From: Bacteroidota bacterium
GTDB lineage: Bacteria; Bacteroidota; Bacteroidia; AKYH767-A; OLB10
Assembly: GCA_947447155.1 (NCBI GenBank)
Contig: CANFIN010000002.1
Location: forward strand, 4,259-68,258
Direction of reading: 5' to 3'
DNA length: 64,000 nt
Shown here: one piece after another, positions 48,993-58,536 of the stretch
Position numbering within the stretch: the first letter of the stretch is position 1
Layout: each line of letters opens with the position of its first letter
Translations under genes and position numbers: made by a program
Notes under the pieces: generated by a model
The model's input: the letters and a program-made list of their open reading frames with translations, nothing else
Database searches by the model: none
What the model was told of the DNA's origin: nothing

Positions 48993-50350
48993 TGTTTAAC
49001 TACGCGATAGTTAATGTAATTGTCATTAGAATTTATCTGTAGAAAATATAAGCCAGCTTTCAATTCATGTATATCTGTATTGTCACTAACTCCAGTTTTA
49101 ACAATTTGCCCCATAGCATTTTTAATTATCCACGAGAAATGTTCTAATGATTCAACAGTAAATTTATCTTCTATAGGATTAGGAAATAATTTTGGCGCTT
49201 GAATATTGATTGTATTTACATTAGTAATACTACTGCACGATGGAATAGTAAATCCAAGTAATTGTGCATTAGCGAAAAACGACTGATAAAATTGATTGGT
49301 AATTGCGGCATCATGAAAGACAACAAAATTTTCATCGTTTTTAGTGTCTGCACTTAACGACCAATTATGCGAACCACTTCCAACGGTTGGGTCACTTGCA
49401 TTATTACACGCATCAGCAATTACAAATTTGTTATGATAAACATAGGTCAATGTAAACGTCAATAATTGATTCATCAGATAAGGCGCCATCATCGATTTAG
49501 GAGCATAACTGGAGCTGAAATTATCAATTATACCTGCTACATAAACACCTCTGTTATGTGCTGCTATTATACTATCTGCGATTGATGTCCTAGTGAATGC
49601 ATATACACCGAAATTTAAATTTGTATTTGCAGAACTTATAATGTCTAATAAATGTGATTCAGTTTGATCACTCGGAGAAAAATAAATTTCTAATTGCTTA
49701 CCATCAACATTAAAAACATGTTGTGTGTTATTCGTTTTATAAGGACCGAATTTTGAATTGATAAGATCTGGCTGCATTCCCGTACTTCCCCACATTTCGT
49801 TGAACTCAGTTAAATAGGCCTGTGCAACGCTTTTACTTTGAATAAAAACTATATTGTTATAATCGTTTACTAATTGCTGCTCTGTCCAATTACAAGAACC
49901 TGAAAAAGTAATAACCTTATTGGTGTCAGGGTGGTTAAAATCGATTACCATGAATTTATTATGCATGATTCCGTATTGAGAGGACGTAGGACTCCCTAAT
50001 GTTGGAATATTGGTATTTAGATTAGCTAAAGCCGAGTTAGAGGAACTACCATTAAAAATCCACCTGATTTGCACTCCTCGATTATAGGCATTATTGATGG
50101 CTTGTCCGATATTATCACTGTTTGATCCTGTCGTAAAATTATACATTGCAATATCTAACGAATACATTGCTCTATTGATGTAGGAAGCAATGGTATCATC
50201 AAAGGCGTCGTTTAGATAAATTGCATTTATACCGTTTGATACAGAAGTGTTAACTGGTTGGTTGAAATATACTTTTACCGACTGAGCACTTAAGTTTCTG
50301 GAAGCAGCTGTAAATAGCAATAAGAGGAATAAAAAATGGATAGATTTCAT
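48989..50350 (-). CDS. Phospholipase D (HKD) superfamily protein with a T9SS type A C-terminal sorting domain.
   Basis: Two HKD motifs (IMHNKFMVID and YVYHNKFVIAD). C-terminal LFPNPIEDKFTVES...GLYFLQINSNDNYINYRVVKQ resembles a Por_Secre_tail. Signal peptide present. Confidence 0.7.
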   Translation of the reverse strand: MKSIHFLFLLLLFTAASRNLSAQSVKVYFNQPVNTSVSNGINAIYLNDAFDDTIASYINRAMYSLDIAMYNFTTGSNSDNIGQAINNAYNRGVQIRWIFNGSSSNSALANLNTNIPTLGSPTSSQYGIMHNKFMVIDFNHPDTNKVITFSGSCNWTEQQLVNDYNNIVFIQSKSVAQAYLTEFNEMWGSTGMQPDLINSKFGPYKTNNTQHVFNVDGKQLEIYFSPSDQTESHLLDIISSANTNLNFGVYAFTRTSIADSIIAAHNRGVYVAGIIDNFSSSYAPKSMMAPYLMNQLLTFTLTYVYHNKFVIADACNNASDPTVGSGSHNWSLSADTKNDENFVVFHDAAITNQFYQSFFANAQLLGFTIPSCSSITNVNTINIQAPKLFPNPIEDKFTVESLEHFSWIIKNAMGQIVKTGVSDNTDIHELKAGLYFLQINSNDNYINYRVVKQ

Positions 50351-50430
50351 TAAATGGTGATGTAAAGCAAAGTTAGTTTAAATGTGGTTATACATTGACT
50401 TGATTTATCAGATAAACGTTATTTTTGTGA

Positions 50431-50814
50431 ATGAAAGATTTTAAAAAGTATTTTACTACTTCTGCATCACCAGCTGATGTTTACAATGCTCTTACTAATC
50501 CGATGGTGATTGAATTATGGTCGGGAGAGGAAGCGGTGATGTCTGAAACACCTGATTCTGAATTTTCATTATGGGAGGGAAGTATCACTGGAAAAAATCT
50601 TGCTTTTGAGAAAAATAAAATGATTCAGCAGCAATGGTATTTCGATGATCAGGAAGAACCAAGTATTGTTACAATTAAGCTTCATGCATCCGACGAAGGA
50701 ACTTCTATTGAACTACGACATTCCAATATTCCTGATGATCATTTTGAAAACATCACAGAAGGGTGGGTAGAGTCTTATTTCGCTTCTATATGCGAATTTC
50801 TGGATGAGTTATAA
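50431..50814 (+). CDS. SRPBCC (AHSA1/polyketide-cyclase-like) domain protein.
   Basis: Size and pattern ...PADVYNALTNPMVIELWSGE... are typical of Aha1-domain proteins. Confidence 0.55.
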   Translation: MKDFKKYFTTSASPADVYNALTNPMVIELWSGEEAVMSETPDSEFSLWEGSITGKNLAFEKNKMIQQQWYFDDQEEPSIVTIKLHASDEGTSIELRHSNIPDDHFENITEGWVESYFASICEFLDEL

Positions 50815-52077
50815 TTCTTCCTCTGAAATCTGCTTCTTCGCTTTCTTCGATCCATCGTAAATTTCATACTTTAAAAAACGGCACTCAATAGGTCCGTTAT
50901 ACAATTGAATTTTACGTGTTGTTCTTAGTCCTATAAATTTCGCGACCTCTAAGTTGCCTGTGAAAATCCAGCACGTCCAGCCTTTCAATTCCTGCTTCAT
51001 CACATCACCCATTTTCTGATACATGGCCAAAATATCTTTGGGTTCTATTCTTAATCCGTAAGGAGGATTGCAGATTAACGTACCTGTATCACTTGGTTTT
51101 TTGAAACGCTCAAACGGATTTTTACGAACGATGATGGTATCACTCAATCCTGCATTTTCGATATTCTCTTTTGCTTTTTCAATCACAGTACCGCTGATAT
51201 CAGAGCCATAAATCTTGACTGCACCTGCGGGTTTCTCATTGTAAATGGCATCGTTATAAATCGACTTCCAAAGCTTAGCATCAAAGTCTTTCCAGGTTTC
51301 AAATCCGAAGCGATGTTTGAATTTATTAGGAGCAATATTACGCATGATCATCGCTGCCTCAATCAGAATGGTACCACTACCACACATATAATCGGCAAGC
51401 GTACTTTCCTTATCCCAGCCGCTAGTCATGACTAACGCTGCAGCCAATGCTTCATTTATTGGTGCTTGATTCGTATAGTCGCGGTAACCACGTTTGTGTA
51501 ACGATTCTCCAGAGCTATCAAAAGAAAGTGTACACTGGTTATCGTAGATATGTAAGTGAATGCGTAGGTCGGGTTGTTCGGTATCGACATTCGGACGGTC
51601 ATCGTATTTATCTCTGAACTGATCCACAATTGCATCCTTTGCTTTCAAAGAAACATACTGCGAATGCGTCATGTTCGATAAGTTCAAAGTGGTATTAATG
51701 GCAAATGTTTGTTCCAATGAAAAGTGCTCACTCCAGTCGATAGCCTGAATATTTTCATACAACATCTCTTCATCAGAAGCTTCAAAAGTGGTGTATGGTT
51801 TTAATATGCGAAGGGCAGTACGGCAATGTAGGTTTGCTTTATACATCAAAGCCTGATCACCTTCAAATTCCACAGCTCTTGTTAACTCACGAATGTTTGA
51901 AGCACCTAATTGGGCTAGTTCTTCCGCTAAAATGGACTCACATCCGGCAAATGTCTTGGCAACTAAAATCACGATAAATCTATTGGGTAAAGATAGGTTT
52001 AAAGTAGGGATAAGAAAAATGTTTAATTTATGGCCATAAAATTTATTTCGAAAAAAAACTGCCACAAATAATTGCAA
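50809..52077 (-). CDS. THUMP-domain class I SAM-dependent RNA methyltransferase (RlmL/Trm-G10-like). The start is probably internal to the called ORF.
   Basis: THUMP region followed by the methyltransferase motif NPPYG. The N-terminal 40 aa of the long ORF look like read-through. Confidence 0.7.
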   Translation of the reverse strand: MQLFVAVFFRNKFYGHKLNIFLIPTLNLSLPNRFIVILVAKTFAGCESILAEELAQLGASNIRELTRAVEFEGDQALMYKANLHCRTALRILKPYTTFEASDEEMLYENIQAIDWSEHFSLEQTFAINTTLNLSNMTHSQYVSLKAKDAIVDQFRDKYDDRPNVDTEQPDLRIHLHIYDNQCTLSFDSSGESLHKRGYRDYTNQAPINEALAAALVMTSGWDKESTLADYMCGSGTILIEAAMIMRNIAPNKFKHRFGFETWKDFDAKLWKSIYNDAIYNEKPAGAVKIYGSDISGTVIEKAKENIENAGLSDTIIVRKNPFERFKKPSDTGTLICNPPYGLRIEPKDILAMYQKMGDVMKQELKGWTCWIFTGNLEVAKFIGLRTTRKIQLYNGPIECRFLKYEIYDGSKKAKKQISEEEL

Positions 52078-52095
52078 TTATCAGCTTTTCGTAGA

Positions 52096-52482
52096 TCATG
52101 CATCGTATTTCTTTTTTATACGATTTTGCAACCATTCAACGATTTCAGCAAATCTGATATCACCTTTGCTTGCGGAAATTACCATTTGGTATTTTTCATC
52201 CTGATCTGCATAAATATCTAATCCGTCTTCTAATAAAATGAGTTTCATAAGAACGTATGCAGTCCTTTTGTTGCCATCTAGAAAAGGATGATTAATCAGA
52301 ATACTTTCAAAAATTGCTGCAGCTTTTTCAATTTGCGAAGGATACAAATCCAATTCGCCAAATGTTGCATATGGTCTATTTATAGCTGATTCAAGTGCGC
52401 CTTGGTCACGAACACCCTTTGTTCCACCAAATTTATCAATGAGAATATCGTGAATATTCAAGACATCATTCAGCCTAATCAT
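52096..52482 (-). CDS. doc: Doc (death-on-curing) Fic-domain toxin.
   Basis: HPFLDGNKRTAY is the Fic/Doc HxFx(D/N)GNKR motif. 128 aa. Confidence 0.8.
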   Translation of the reverse strand: MIRLNDVLNIHDILIDKFGGTKGVRDQGALESAINRPYATFGELDLYPSQIEKAAAIFESILINHPFLDGNKRTAYVLMKLILLEDGLDIYADQDEKYQMVISASKGDIRFAEIVEWLQNRIKKKYDA

Positions 52483-52667
52483 TTAGCTAGTTTCTCAAGA
52501 AGCTCCCTGTCTTCTGCTAAAATTTGACGGAGGTTATTAGCTAAATTGAAATTATTATCTGGTTGGTCTTTTAGCTCTTTTAGAAAGTTAAATACATCTT
52601 GTAGTACGTTTTCTGGTACCGTATCTAACAGCTTTTGGATTTCAGTTTGAATTTGTGCTTTTGTCAT
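52479..52667 (-). CDS. Small antitoxin-like protein upstream of doc (non-Phd/YefM type). Start taken at the internal Met. The long ORF runs to 52736.
   Basis: MTKAQIQTEIQKLLDTVPENVLQDVFNFLKEL... is a 62-aa helical protein. It shares a 4-nt ATGA overlap with doc. Confidence 0.5.
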   Translation of the reverse strand: MTKAQIQTEIQKLLDTVPENVLQDVFNFLKELKDQPDNNFNLANNLRQILAEDRELLEKLAK

Positions 52668-52858
52668 ACCCAAATATAACGTAAAAAAAGAAAAATTCAA
52701 ATATGATTGTAGTAAATACTCAGTATTAAATTGCAAATGCTAAGTTAAAATAAATTAGTATCAATCAAAAAATAATAACTCAATAAAAAATCCGCAATCT
52801 ATCAGAAAGCGGATTCTAATTTAAATTATAATAATTTTCAAATCATCTAATTTTCAAA

Positions 52859-54232
52859 TTATCGAATTATCGAAACCCTCTTCTGTCCAACAACCTCATT
52901 ATTCGAACATTTCAGAATATATTCGCCTGCATATAAGGTGCGGACATCAAAATATCCTATCGTGCTTCCAGCCTGTACTATCTGATCTTGGATTTTTCTT
53001 CCGTTGATATCGTATAGGCTTACCGTTATATCTTCTCTTAAAAGTCCGCTAAATTGAACCGCAATAAATTCAGAGCTTGGATTAGGGAAGGCATTGAAAG
53101 AAAAATTAGCGTTGCTATTTTCGTTGATGCTTGCTGTTGTAGGCGTATAAACTGTCACAGGCTCTGTGATAGAAGTAACTTTAACTCCTGTTTTTGTTCC
53201 GTAAAAAGTAGGTCCAACTACATAAGGATATGCAGAGTTCCAGTTTGCATCAACCGTAGCGAAATAGCAATAGATACCATTCGGATATTCTGGTGTAATG
53301 CAAAATCTTCCGTTGTGTTCGTCTAATACATCTTGTTGTCCTGGAGCTGCGATGTATTCATAATCTTCTCTATAATAGCCTAACGGATAGGTAGTACTTA
53401 CAGCTGGTCCTGCCGGTACAGTTACTCCTGTAGGACTAGTCGTTCTAGTTGTAATATTTCTTAAATGATAACCTGATTTCATTCTGGTAATCCCGCCAGT
53501 TCCATTCGTGTCGGCGTATCCATAAGCACCATAAATCGGAAAGCCATCGTATGCATATCCAATCAATGGCGAATGTGTTGTGCTATCAATAACGTATAAT
53601 CCATCAGCAGCATATAAATTACAAATTGTAGAGATTACATTTAAATCGAGATTGAAGGCACTCGGATTTTGATGATGATGATAGTTACCCATTGCTGGAT
53701 GTCCTTTTGCACAATCAAAGCCTCCTCTTTCCGCTGGAATGGCATCACGGTTCCAGTCCATCGCAGCTCCTGGTCCACCTGGGCAAGGAGGATTTCCTGG
53801 ACCACCACAAGGAGAATTAGTAGTACTATTCCATGCAGTTCCATCACGAAAATCAAAAAGGGCAACACCGTTTATAAAAATTCCAATATTACCTCCAGTT
53901 GTTGGATTAAGCGTACCTGTATTTTGTGAAGGAGTTCTAGATATTTTAAAAATAGCATTTTGACTAGTTGTAATAGAAGGATTGCCTGTAAATGGTCCTG
54001 TGATATACGAAGGAACACCATTCGCTCTTACATAGACCCAATTTGCAGAATATAAAACGGTTTTTACATTTACGGAATCTGCATCTTGAATAGGAGTAGA
54101 GTTTCCTGTCACATAATGTCTTCCTAATCCTCCATTGTTATTTAATAACCATGAAGTAATTTCTGGACCTTGTGCATTCGCAATCATTGCACATGATGAT
54201 AGCATTAAAAATAAAATTGATTTCTTTAACAT
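52859..54232 (-). CDS. YHYH-domain protein with a T9SS type A C-terminal sorting domain.
   Basis: GHPAMGNYHHHQNP (YHYH motif). C-terminal FNAFPNPSSEFIAVQFS...YILKCSNNEVVGQKRVSIIR. Confidence 0.7.
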   Translation of the reverse strand: MLKKSILFLMLSSCAMIANAQGPEITSWLLNNNGGLGRHYVTGNSTPIQDADSVNVKTVLYSANWVYVRANGVPSYITGPFTGNPSITTSQNAIFKISRTPSQNTGTLNPTTGGNIGIFINGVALFDFRDGTAWNSTTNSPCGGPGNPPCPGGPGAAMDWNRDAIPAERGGFDCAKGHPAMGNYHHHQNPSAFNLDLNVISTICNLYAADGLYVIDSTTHSPLIGYAYDGFPIYGAYGYADTNGTGGITRMKSGYHLRNITTRTTSPTGVTVPAGPAVSTTYPLGYYREDYEYIAAPGQQDVLDEHNGRFCITPEYPNGIYCYFATVDANWNSAYPYVVGPTFYGTKTGVKVTSITEPVTVYTPTTASINENSNANFSFNAFPNPSSEFIAVQFSGLLREDITVSLYDINGRKIQDQIVQAGSTIGYFDVRTLYAGEYILKCSNNEVVGQKRVSIIR

Positions 54233-54287
54233 AGTTTTGGTTTTATGAATCGACTTAGTAGACTTAACTATTTTATACTTGCGGTAA

Positions 54288-55340
54288 TTAGTGATTTATA
54301 TTTCGAAGTGAGTCAATTTGTGCTTTAGGATAAGTGTATCGTTTATCAAACAGAAATTGCTTATCGCTTAATGTTAGCAGAAATGCAATAATATCTACTT
54401 TCTCATTCGAAGATAATAAATAAACCGATTTCAATTTAGGATTCATTGATGAGTTTTTATTCGAAGAATTTGTATAATGATTCATTACCTCTGTTAGTGT
54501 TTTATATCGACCATCGTGCATGTAAGGAAACGTGTATTCAATATTACGTAGGGTAGGGACTTTAAATTTTAATGAATCATTCGTTTGTTTTGTTTGACGT
54601 ATTCGTCCACCATCTTTTATTAAAGTATCAGGCATCAAACCATTATTTTCGAAAGCATAATTAGTAAACACGGGAGGCGTATGACAACTTGCACAAAGTT
54701 GAGAGAATAATTTAAATCCGTTTTTCTCTTGCATCGTAAATTCTGATTTGCAATTCATTACCAAATCGTACTTCGAATTTTTACTTTCGATGGAAGCCAT
54801 GAATGCTGCTATTGCTTTAAGTGTTTTCGTACCTGTAATAGAAGAATCATCGAATGCTTGAAAAAAAAGTTTACGATAAAATTGTTGATTGTTTAATTTC
54901 TCCACAACATGTAATATCGACTCATGCATTTCATCAGGATTTGTAATTGGCGCCAGCGATTGCATTTCGAGGTGATTTATTGCACCATCCCACATAAAAT
55001 AAGGTTGATAAGCAAGATTAAAGAGCGCAGGTGCATTTCTGAATCCGATTTTATTATCGATTCCATGACTCAATGCATGATCAGTATGTGCAAAAGCATT
55101 ATAGGGCGAATGACAAGAAGAACAACTAGTACTGCTATCTAAAGATAACATAGGATCATAAAATAACACTTTCCCTAGGAATTGAAGCTCGTCAATATGT
55201 GTCGAATCTGTCTTGTAAATTTTTGCTGGCCATTCTAAATTATTAGAATCATTCTGCCGAAGGCTAAGCATCAGCAATGAAAAAAATATCAGTAAACTGG
55301 CAAATGCAATTTTATTTTTCACTCGATAAACATTTAGCAA
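54288..55340 (-). CDS. Di-haem cytochrome c peroxidase (CCP/MauG family, MbnH-like).
   Basis: Two CxxCH haem motifs (CSSCHSP, CASCHTP). Signal peptide. Confidence 0.8.
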   Translation of the reverse strand: MLNVYRVKNKIAFASLLIFFSLLMLSLRQNDSNNLEWPAKIYKTDSTHIDELQFLGKVLFYDPMLSLDSSTSCSSCHSPYNAFAHTDHALSHGIDNKIGFRNAPALFNLAYQPYFMWDGAINHLEMQSLAPITNPDEMHESILHVVEKLNNQQFYRKLFFQAFDDSSITGTKTLKAIAAFMASIESKNSKYDLVMNCKSEFTMQEKNGFKLFSQLCASCHTPPVFTNYAFENNGLMPDTLIKDGGRIRQTKQTNDSLKFKVPTLRNIEYTFPYMHDGRYKTLTEVMNHYTNSSNKNSSMNPKLKSVYLLSSNEKVDIIAFLLTLSDKQFLFDKRYTYPKAQIDSLRNINH

Positions 55341-55974
55341 ATAAGTGAGATAAATAAACTGCCTTAGGGTCAGGCGTCATGAATTTAAATGGAATCGAAT
55401 CAGGTATGGAATGAATAAAATTATCGATATGAATGTAAATGATAGTGTTGCCAGAACTATTCATTTTTAAACTAACTTTTTGAAGTGCATTGTTAGGGTA
55501 GGCATATCCTCCTAAATGATATTCTCTATAAACTCCGCCATCAATTGAACCTTCAAACTTAAGATTGATATAACCACTTTGCCACGTCCAGTACATATTA
55601 TACATTGGATCGAGATCGCCATCCATTGCACCTGAAACATTCGTGATTGAATCAATTCCGAGATTAAATGCTATTTTATTATAAACCTCATGATTGTTGC
55701 GTTTGAATATTATTTTATTTCTCGAAGTATCTAAAAGATCTACTAAATGATAACTAAGTTTTTCAGTGTCGATGAGTGAATCATTTTGATAAAATCGAAA
55801 ATCAGATAAATAAAATTTAAAGTTGGAAACACTTATCCCATTCTTATTATTCGTGTCGGTAAGCTGAATTTCTGAGTGGTTATAAATAACTTTGAAAGTC
55901 ACCGATTGTGAAAAGCTAACCATTGGAATCATCCAACCGAATAAAGCAACGATAACAATTTTTCTTAAATGCAT
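55312..55974 (-). CDS. MbnP-like partner protein of the CCP. Hypothetical secreted protein. Assignment is tentative.
   Basis: Signal peptide MHLRKIVIVALFGWMIPMVSFSQ. About 220 aa. Overlaps the downstream CCP start by 29 nt (the typical mbnP-mbnH arrangement). Contains a conserved-looking WTWQSGY Trp cluster. Confidence 0.4.
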   Translation of the reverse strand: MHLRKIVIVALFGWMIPMVSFSQSVTFKVIYNHSEIQLTDTNNKNGISVSNFKFYLSDFRFYQNDSLIDTEKLSYHLVDLLDTSRNKIIFKRNNHEVYNKIAFNLGIDSITNVSGAMDGDLDPMYNMYWTWQSGYINLKFEGSIDGGVYREYHLGGYAYPNNALQKVSLKMNSSGNTIIYIHIDNFIHSIPDSIPFKFMTPDPKAVYLSHLFAKCLSSEK

Positions 55975-56043
55975 AACGGTGTTTAGAGTCCTATTCTTTC
56001 GCGAACTTGTTTGAAATATCAATTATAAAATTAAATTTGTTTA

Positions 56044-57153
56044 ATGAATATTTTACAATTCCATTTTCATCGTACTAAATTACTGTTTTTATTCTTGTTC
56101 TTGTTTGAACAAATGCAGGCGCAGCAAATTTCGCATTCAGTTTGTTTCTATTATAACTGGTATGGGAGCAAAGCAATTGATGGAGATAATTACCATTGGA
56201 AGCACCCCGTAATGCCTGAAAATGATAAGGACACGACCAAGAAAATGTTTCCTGGTAATGGCGATATTGGTGCTAATTTTTATCCGAGTGCGGGAGAGTA
56301 TTCGAATTGTGATTCAAATGTGATTAAACTGCATATGCAACAACTGGCCGCTGCAGGGTTTAGTATTGTTGCGGTGACATGGTTGGGCAAAGACGATTAT
56401 ACTTTCAAGAGTTTGCCTTTTATTTTTAAGTATGCTCAAATAAATCATCTTAAAATTTGTTTTCAAATCGAACCCTGCGTCCGTAAAACTGCGCTTTCTA
56501 CCGTTAAAGAAATTTCATTTGTGATTGATCATTTTGGAAAAGAACCTGCATTTTACAGAGATGAAAAAACAAATAAGCCCATGTTTTTTGTGTATGATTC
56601 ATACATGATTGATGCGGGTGAATGGAACAAGGTGCTTAGTAATACATCGGATGAATTACTCTTTAGAAGAACTAAGTACGATTCGGATGTTATTGGATTA
56701 TTTTGCTGGAAGGAGGATACTGCCTTTTTTCAGAAAGCTGGTTTCGATGGAATCTATACATACTTTGCTAGCCGTGGATTTACTTACGGTGCCAATCCAG
56801 ATAACTGGAATTATTTAAAATCGTTTGCTGATGGATTACATCTTAAATTTATTCCTTCGGTTGGACCTGGTTATAACGACAACCGTATTCGTCCATGGAA
56901 TAAAAAGAATACGAAGGATAGAGAAAAAGGTGCTTATTATGACAGATTCTTTGAGGCTGCACTTAAGAGCAATTTAGAATGGATAGGAGTGACCTCCTTT
57001 AATGAGTGGCATGAAGGAACGCAGCTTGAATCTGCACAATCGTATGAGTTTGATGATACTTTGTATTTGGATTATGAGGGGTTGCCAGAAGATTACTATT
57101 TAATAAGGACCAACTATTGGTTAAATAAATGGAACCTATCAAAGATTAAATAA
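56044..57153 (+). CDS. Glycoside hydrolase family 99-like domain protein (endo-alpha-mannosidase-like), secreted.
   Basis: The VTSFNEWHEGTQLE motif resembles the GH99 catalytic region. N-terminal signal peptide. Confidence 0.5.
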   Translation: MNILQFHFHRTKLLFLFLFLFEQMQAQQISHSVCFYYNWYGSKAIDGDNYHWKHPVMPENDKDTTKKMFPGNGDIGANFYPSAGEYSNCDSNVIKLHMQQLAAAGFSIVAVTWLGKDDYTFKSLPFIFKYAQINHLKICFQIEPCVRKTALSTVKEISFVIDHFGKEPAFYRDEKTNKPMFFVYDSYMIDAGEWNKVLSNTSDELLFRRTKYDSDVIGLFCWKEDTAFFQKAGFDGIYTYFASRGFTYGANPDNWNYLKSFADGLHLKFIPSVGPGYNDNRIRPWNKKNTKDREKGAYYDRFFEAALKSNLEWIGVTSFNEWHEGTQLESAQSYEFDDTLYLDYEGLPEDYYLIRTNYWLNKWNLSKIK

Positions 57154-57172
57154 TATTTTATATTTTAGTTCA

Positions 57173-57475
57173 ATGAAAATACGTCATATAAAGATATTTT
57201 TAGCATTAATATTATTGCTTTGCATAATTCCATTTCCATACGATTACTATTTGTTTGTTCGATATGCATCAACATTTGGATTTGGTGTTTTAGCATTTCA
57301 GGCATATGCAACAAAAACTCCTAAAGTAGTTCTGTATTTATTGCTTTCTTTTATGTTTCAACCATTTTACAAGGTGCATTTCGATCGTTCATTTTGGCTA
57401 ATCATTGATGTGCTGGTAGCAGTTTGGTTAATCTATGATGTTTATTTTAAAAACAATTTGAGTGAAAAGAGATAA
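57173..57475 (+). CDS. Small integral membrane protein, hypothetical.
   Basis: Three predicted TM helices in 100 aa. Confidence 0.4.
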   Translation: MKIRHIKIFLALILLLCIIPFPYDYYLFVRYASTFGFGVLAFQAYATKTPKVVLYLLLSFMFQPFYKVHFDRSFWLIIDVLVAVWLIYDVYFKNNLSEKR

Positions 57476-58118
57476 GTCTGTAAAGAAATTATTCTTGATT
57501 TCTTTTGTTGCGGTATTACTCATTTTTGCATTTATTTTTAGAGGGTTATTAAAGTATGAAACACGGAATTTAATTGGTAATCGTGGAAAAGCATATGGCC
57601 GCTGTGAAAACTGTAAGCAGTATTTTAAAGATGAAGTATCTACGCAGGAAAAAGCCTATAAGTCAGAGGGGATTCGACCTCAGAAAGTCATCGAAGATTT
57701 AGAAAAGTTAAAAGAAAAAGGTGTTTTAATAGAGTTGACTTCAAATGAATCGTACAGACTTCGTGATATGGATCATTCAGTTCCATATGTATTGCCAAAG
57801 GTTAAAGTATTTTTAGATTTATTGTCTGATGCATATAAATTGGAATTAAATAATCAATTGGTATATGTTCCATTTGTAATCACAAGCGCCACGCGCTCCA
57901 AACGAACGGTTCGTCAATTAATGGGAAACAATATAAATGCAATTTCTAATAGCGCGCATTTAAAAGGTAAAACAATTGATATAAGCTATAAAGAATTTGG
58001 TGATTACAATGGACAATCAAAATGCTTTGTAATGGCATTAGAAAAACTTCACCAACAAAAAAAGTGTTATGTAAAATATGAACGCGCTCAAGGATGCTTG
58101 CATATTACGGTGAGGTAA
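57462..58118 (+). CDS. LAS/M15-peptidase-like protein (DUF5715-like) with an N-terminal TM anchor.
   Basis: SAHLKGKTIDIS matches the SxHxxGxAxD zinc-ligand motif of VanY/M15 peptidases. Overlaps the upstream gene by 14 nt. Confidence 0.45.
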   Translation: MKRDKSVKKLFLISFVAVLLIFAFIFRGLLKYETRNLIGNRGKAYGRCENCKQYFKDEVSTQEKAYKSEGIRPQKVIEDLEKLKEKGVLIELTSNESYRLRDMDHSVPYVLPKVKVFLDLLSDAYKLELNNQLVYVPFVITSATRSKRTVRQLMGNNINAISNSAHLKGKTIDISYKEFGDYNGQSKCFVMALEKLHQQKKCYVKYERAQGCLHITVR

Positions 58119-58121
58119 AAT

Positions 58122-58487
58122 TTAATCACCAATCCATTCTATCAAACTAAATGGATCATATTTCAATTGAATTGTAAATAACATTATGCTCATAACAATA
58201 ATTATTTTTCTACTTAATTTAATTTCTTGATTTTTTATATTTCTAAGGAATTCAATTATACTGTAAAAATAGGATAGTAGTGCTATAAAAAAGCCAGAAG
58301 CAATTATCAGATAAAGAAAAGTACATGATTCATTATTTGGGTCATCGAAAGAAGGGATAGGTAATCGCTTATGTTCAAGATAAAATAAAATCATGAATAT
58401 ATAAGTCAATCCAATCCAAAAGAGAGGAATAGCAGTAACTATAGAAAATTTATTTTTTTGGTCTGGTCCAGAATGAAAAAACTTCAT
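58122..58487 (-). CDS. Small membrane protein, hypothetical.
   Basis: Hydrophobic 121-aa ORF with 3 TM segments. Confidence 0.4.
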   Translation of the reverse strand: MKFFHSGPDQKNKFSIVTAIPLFWIGLTYIFMILFYLEHKRLPIPSFDDPNNESCTFLYLIIASGFFIALLSYFYSIIEFLRNIKNQEIKLSRKIIIVMSIMLFTIQLKYDPFSLIEWIGD

Positions 58488-58536
58488 TTGTCATCAACGT
58501 AAGAAAAGCCAACAAAATTGTATTATTTGGTTTGAA

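Noticed and set aside
53054-53963. Plus-strand ORFs of 74-90 aa inside the YHYH gene, and the minus-strand ORF 53641..53868.
   Set aside because: They are embedded or out-of-frame artefacts. The YHYH frame is supported by its motif and CTD.
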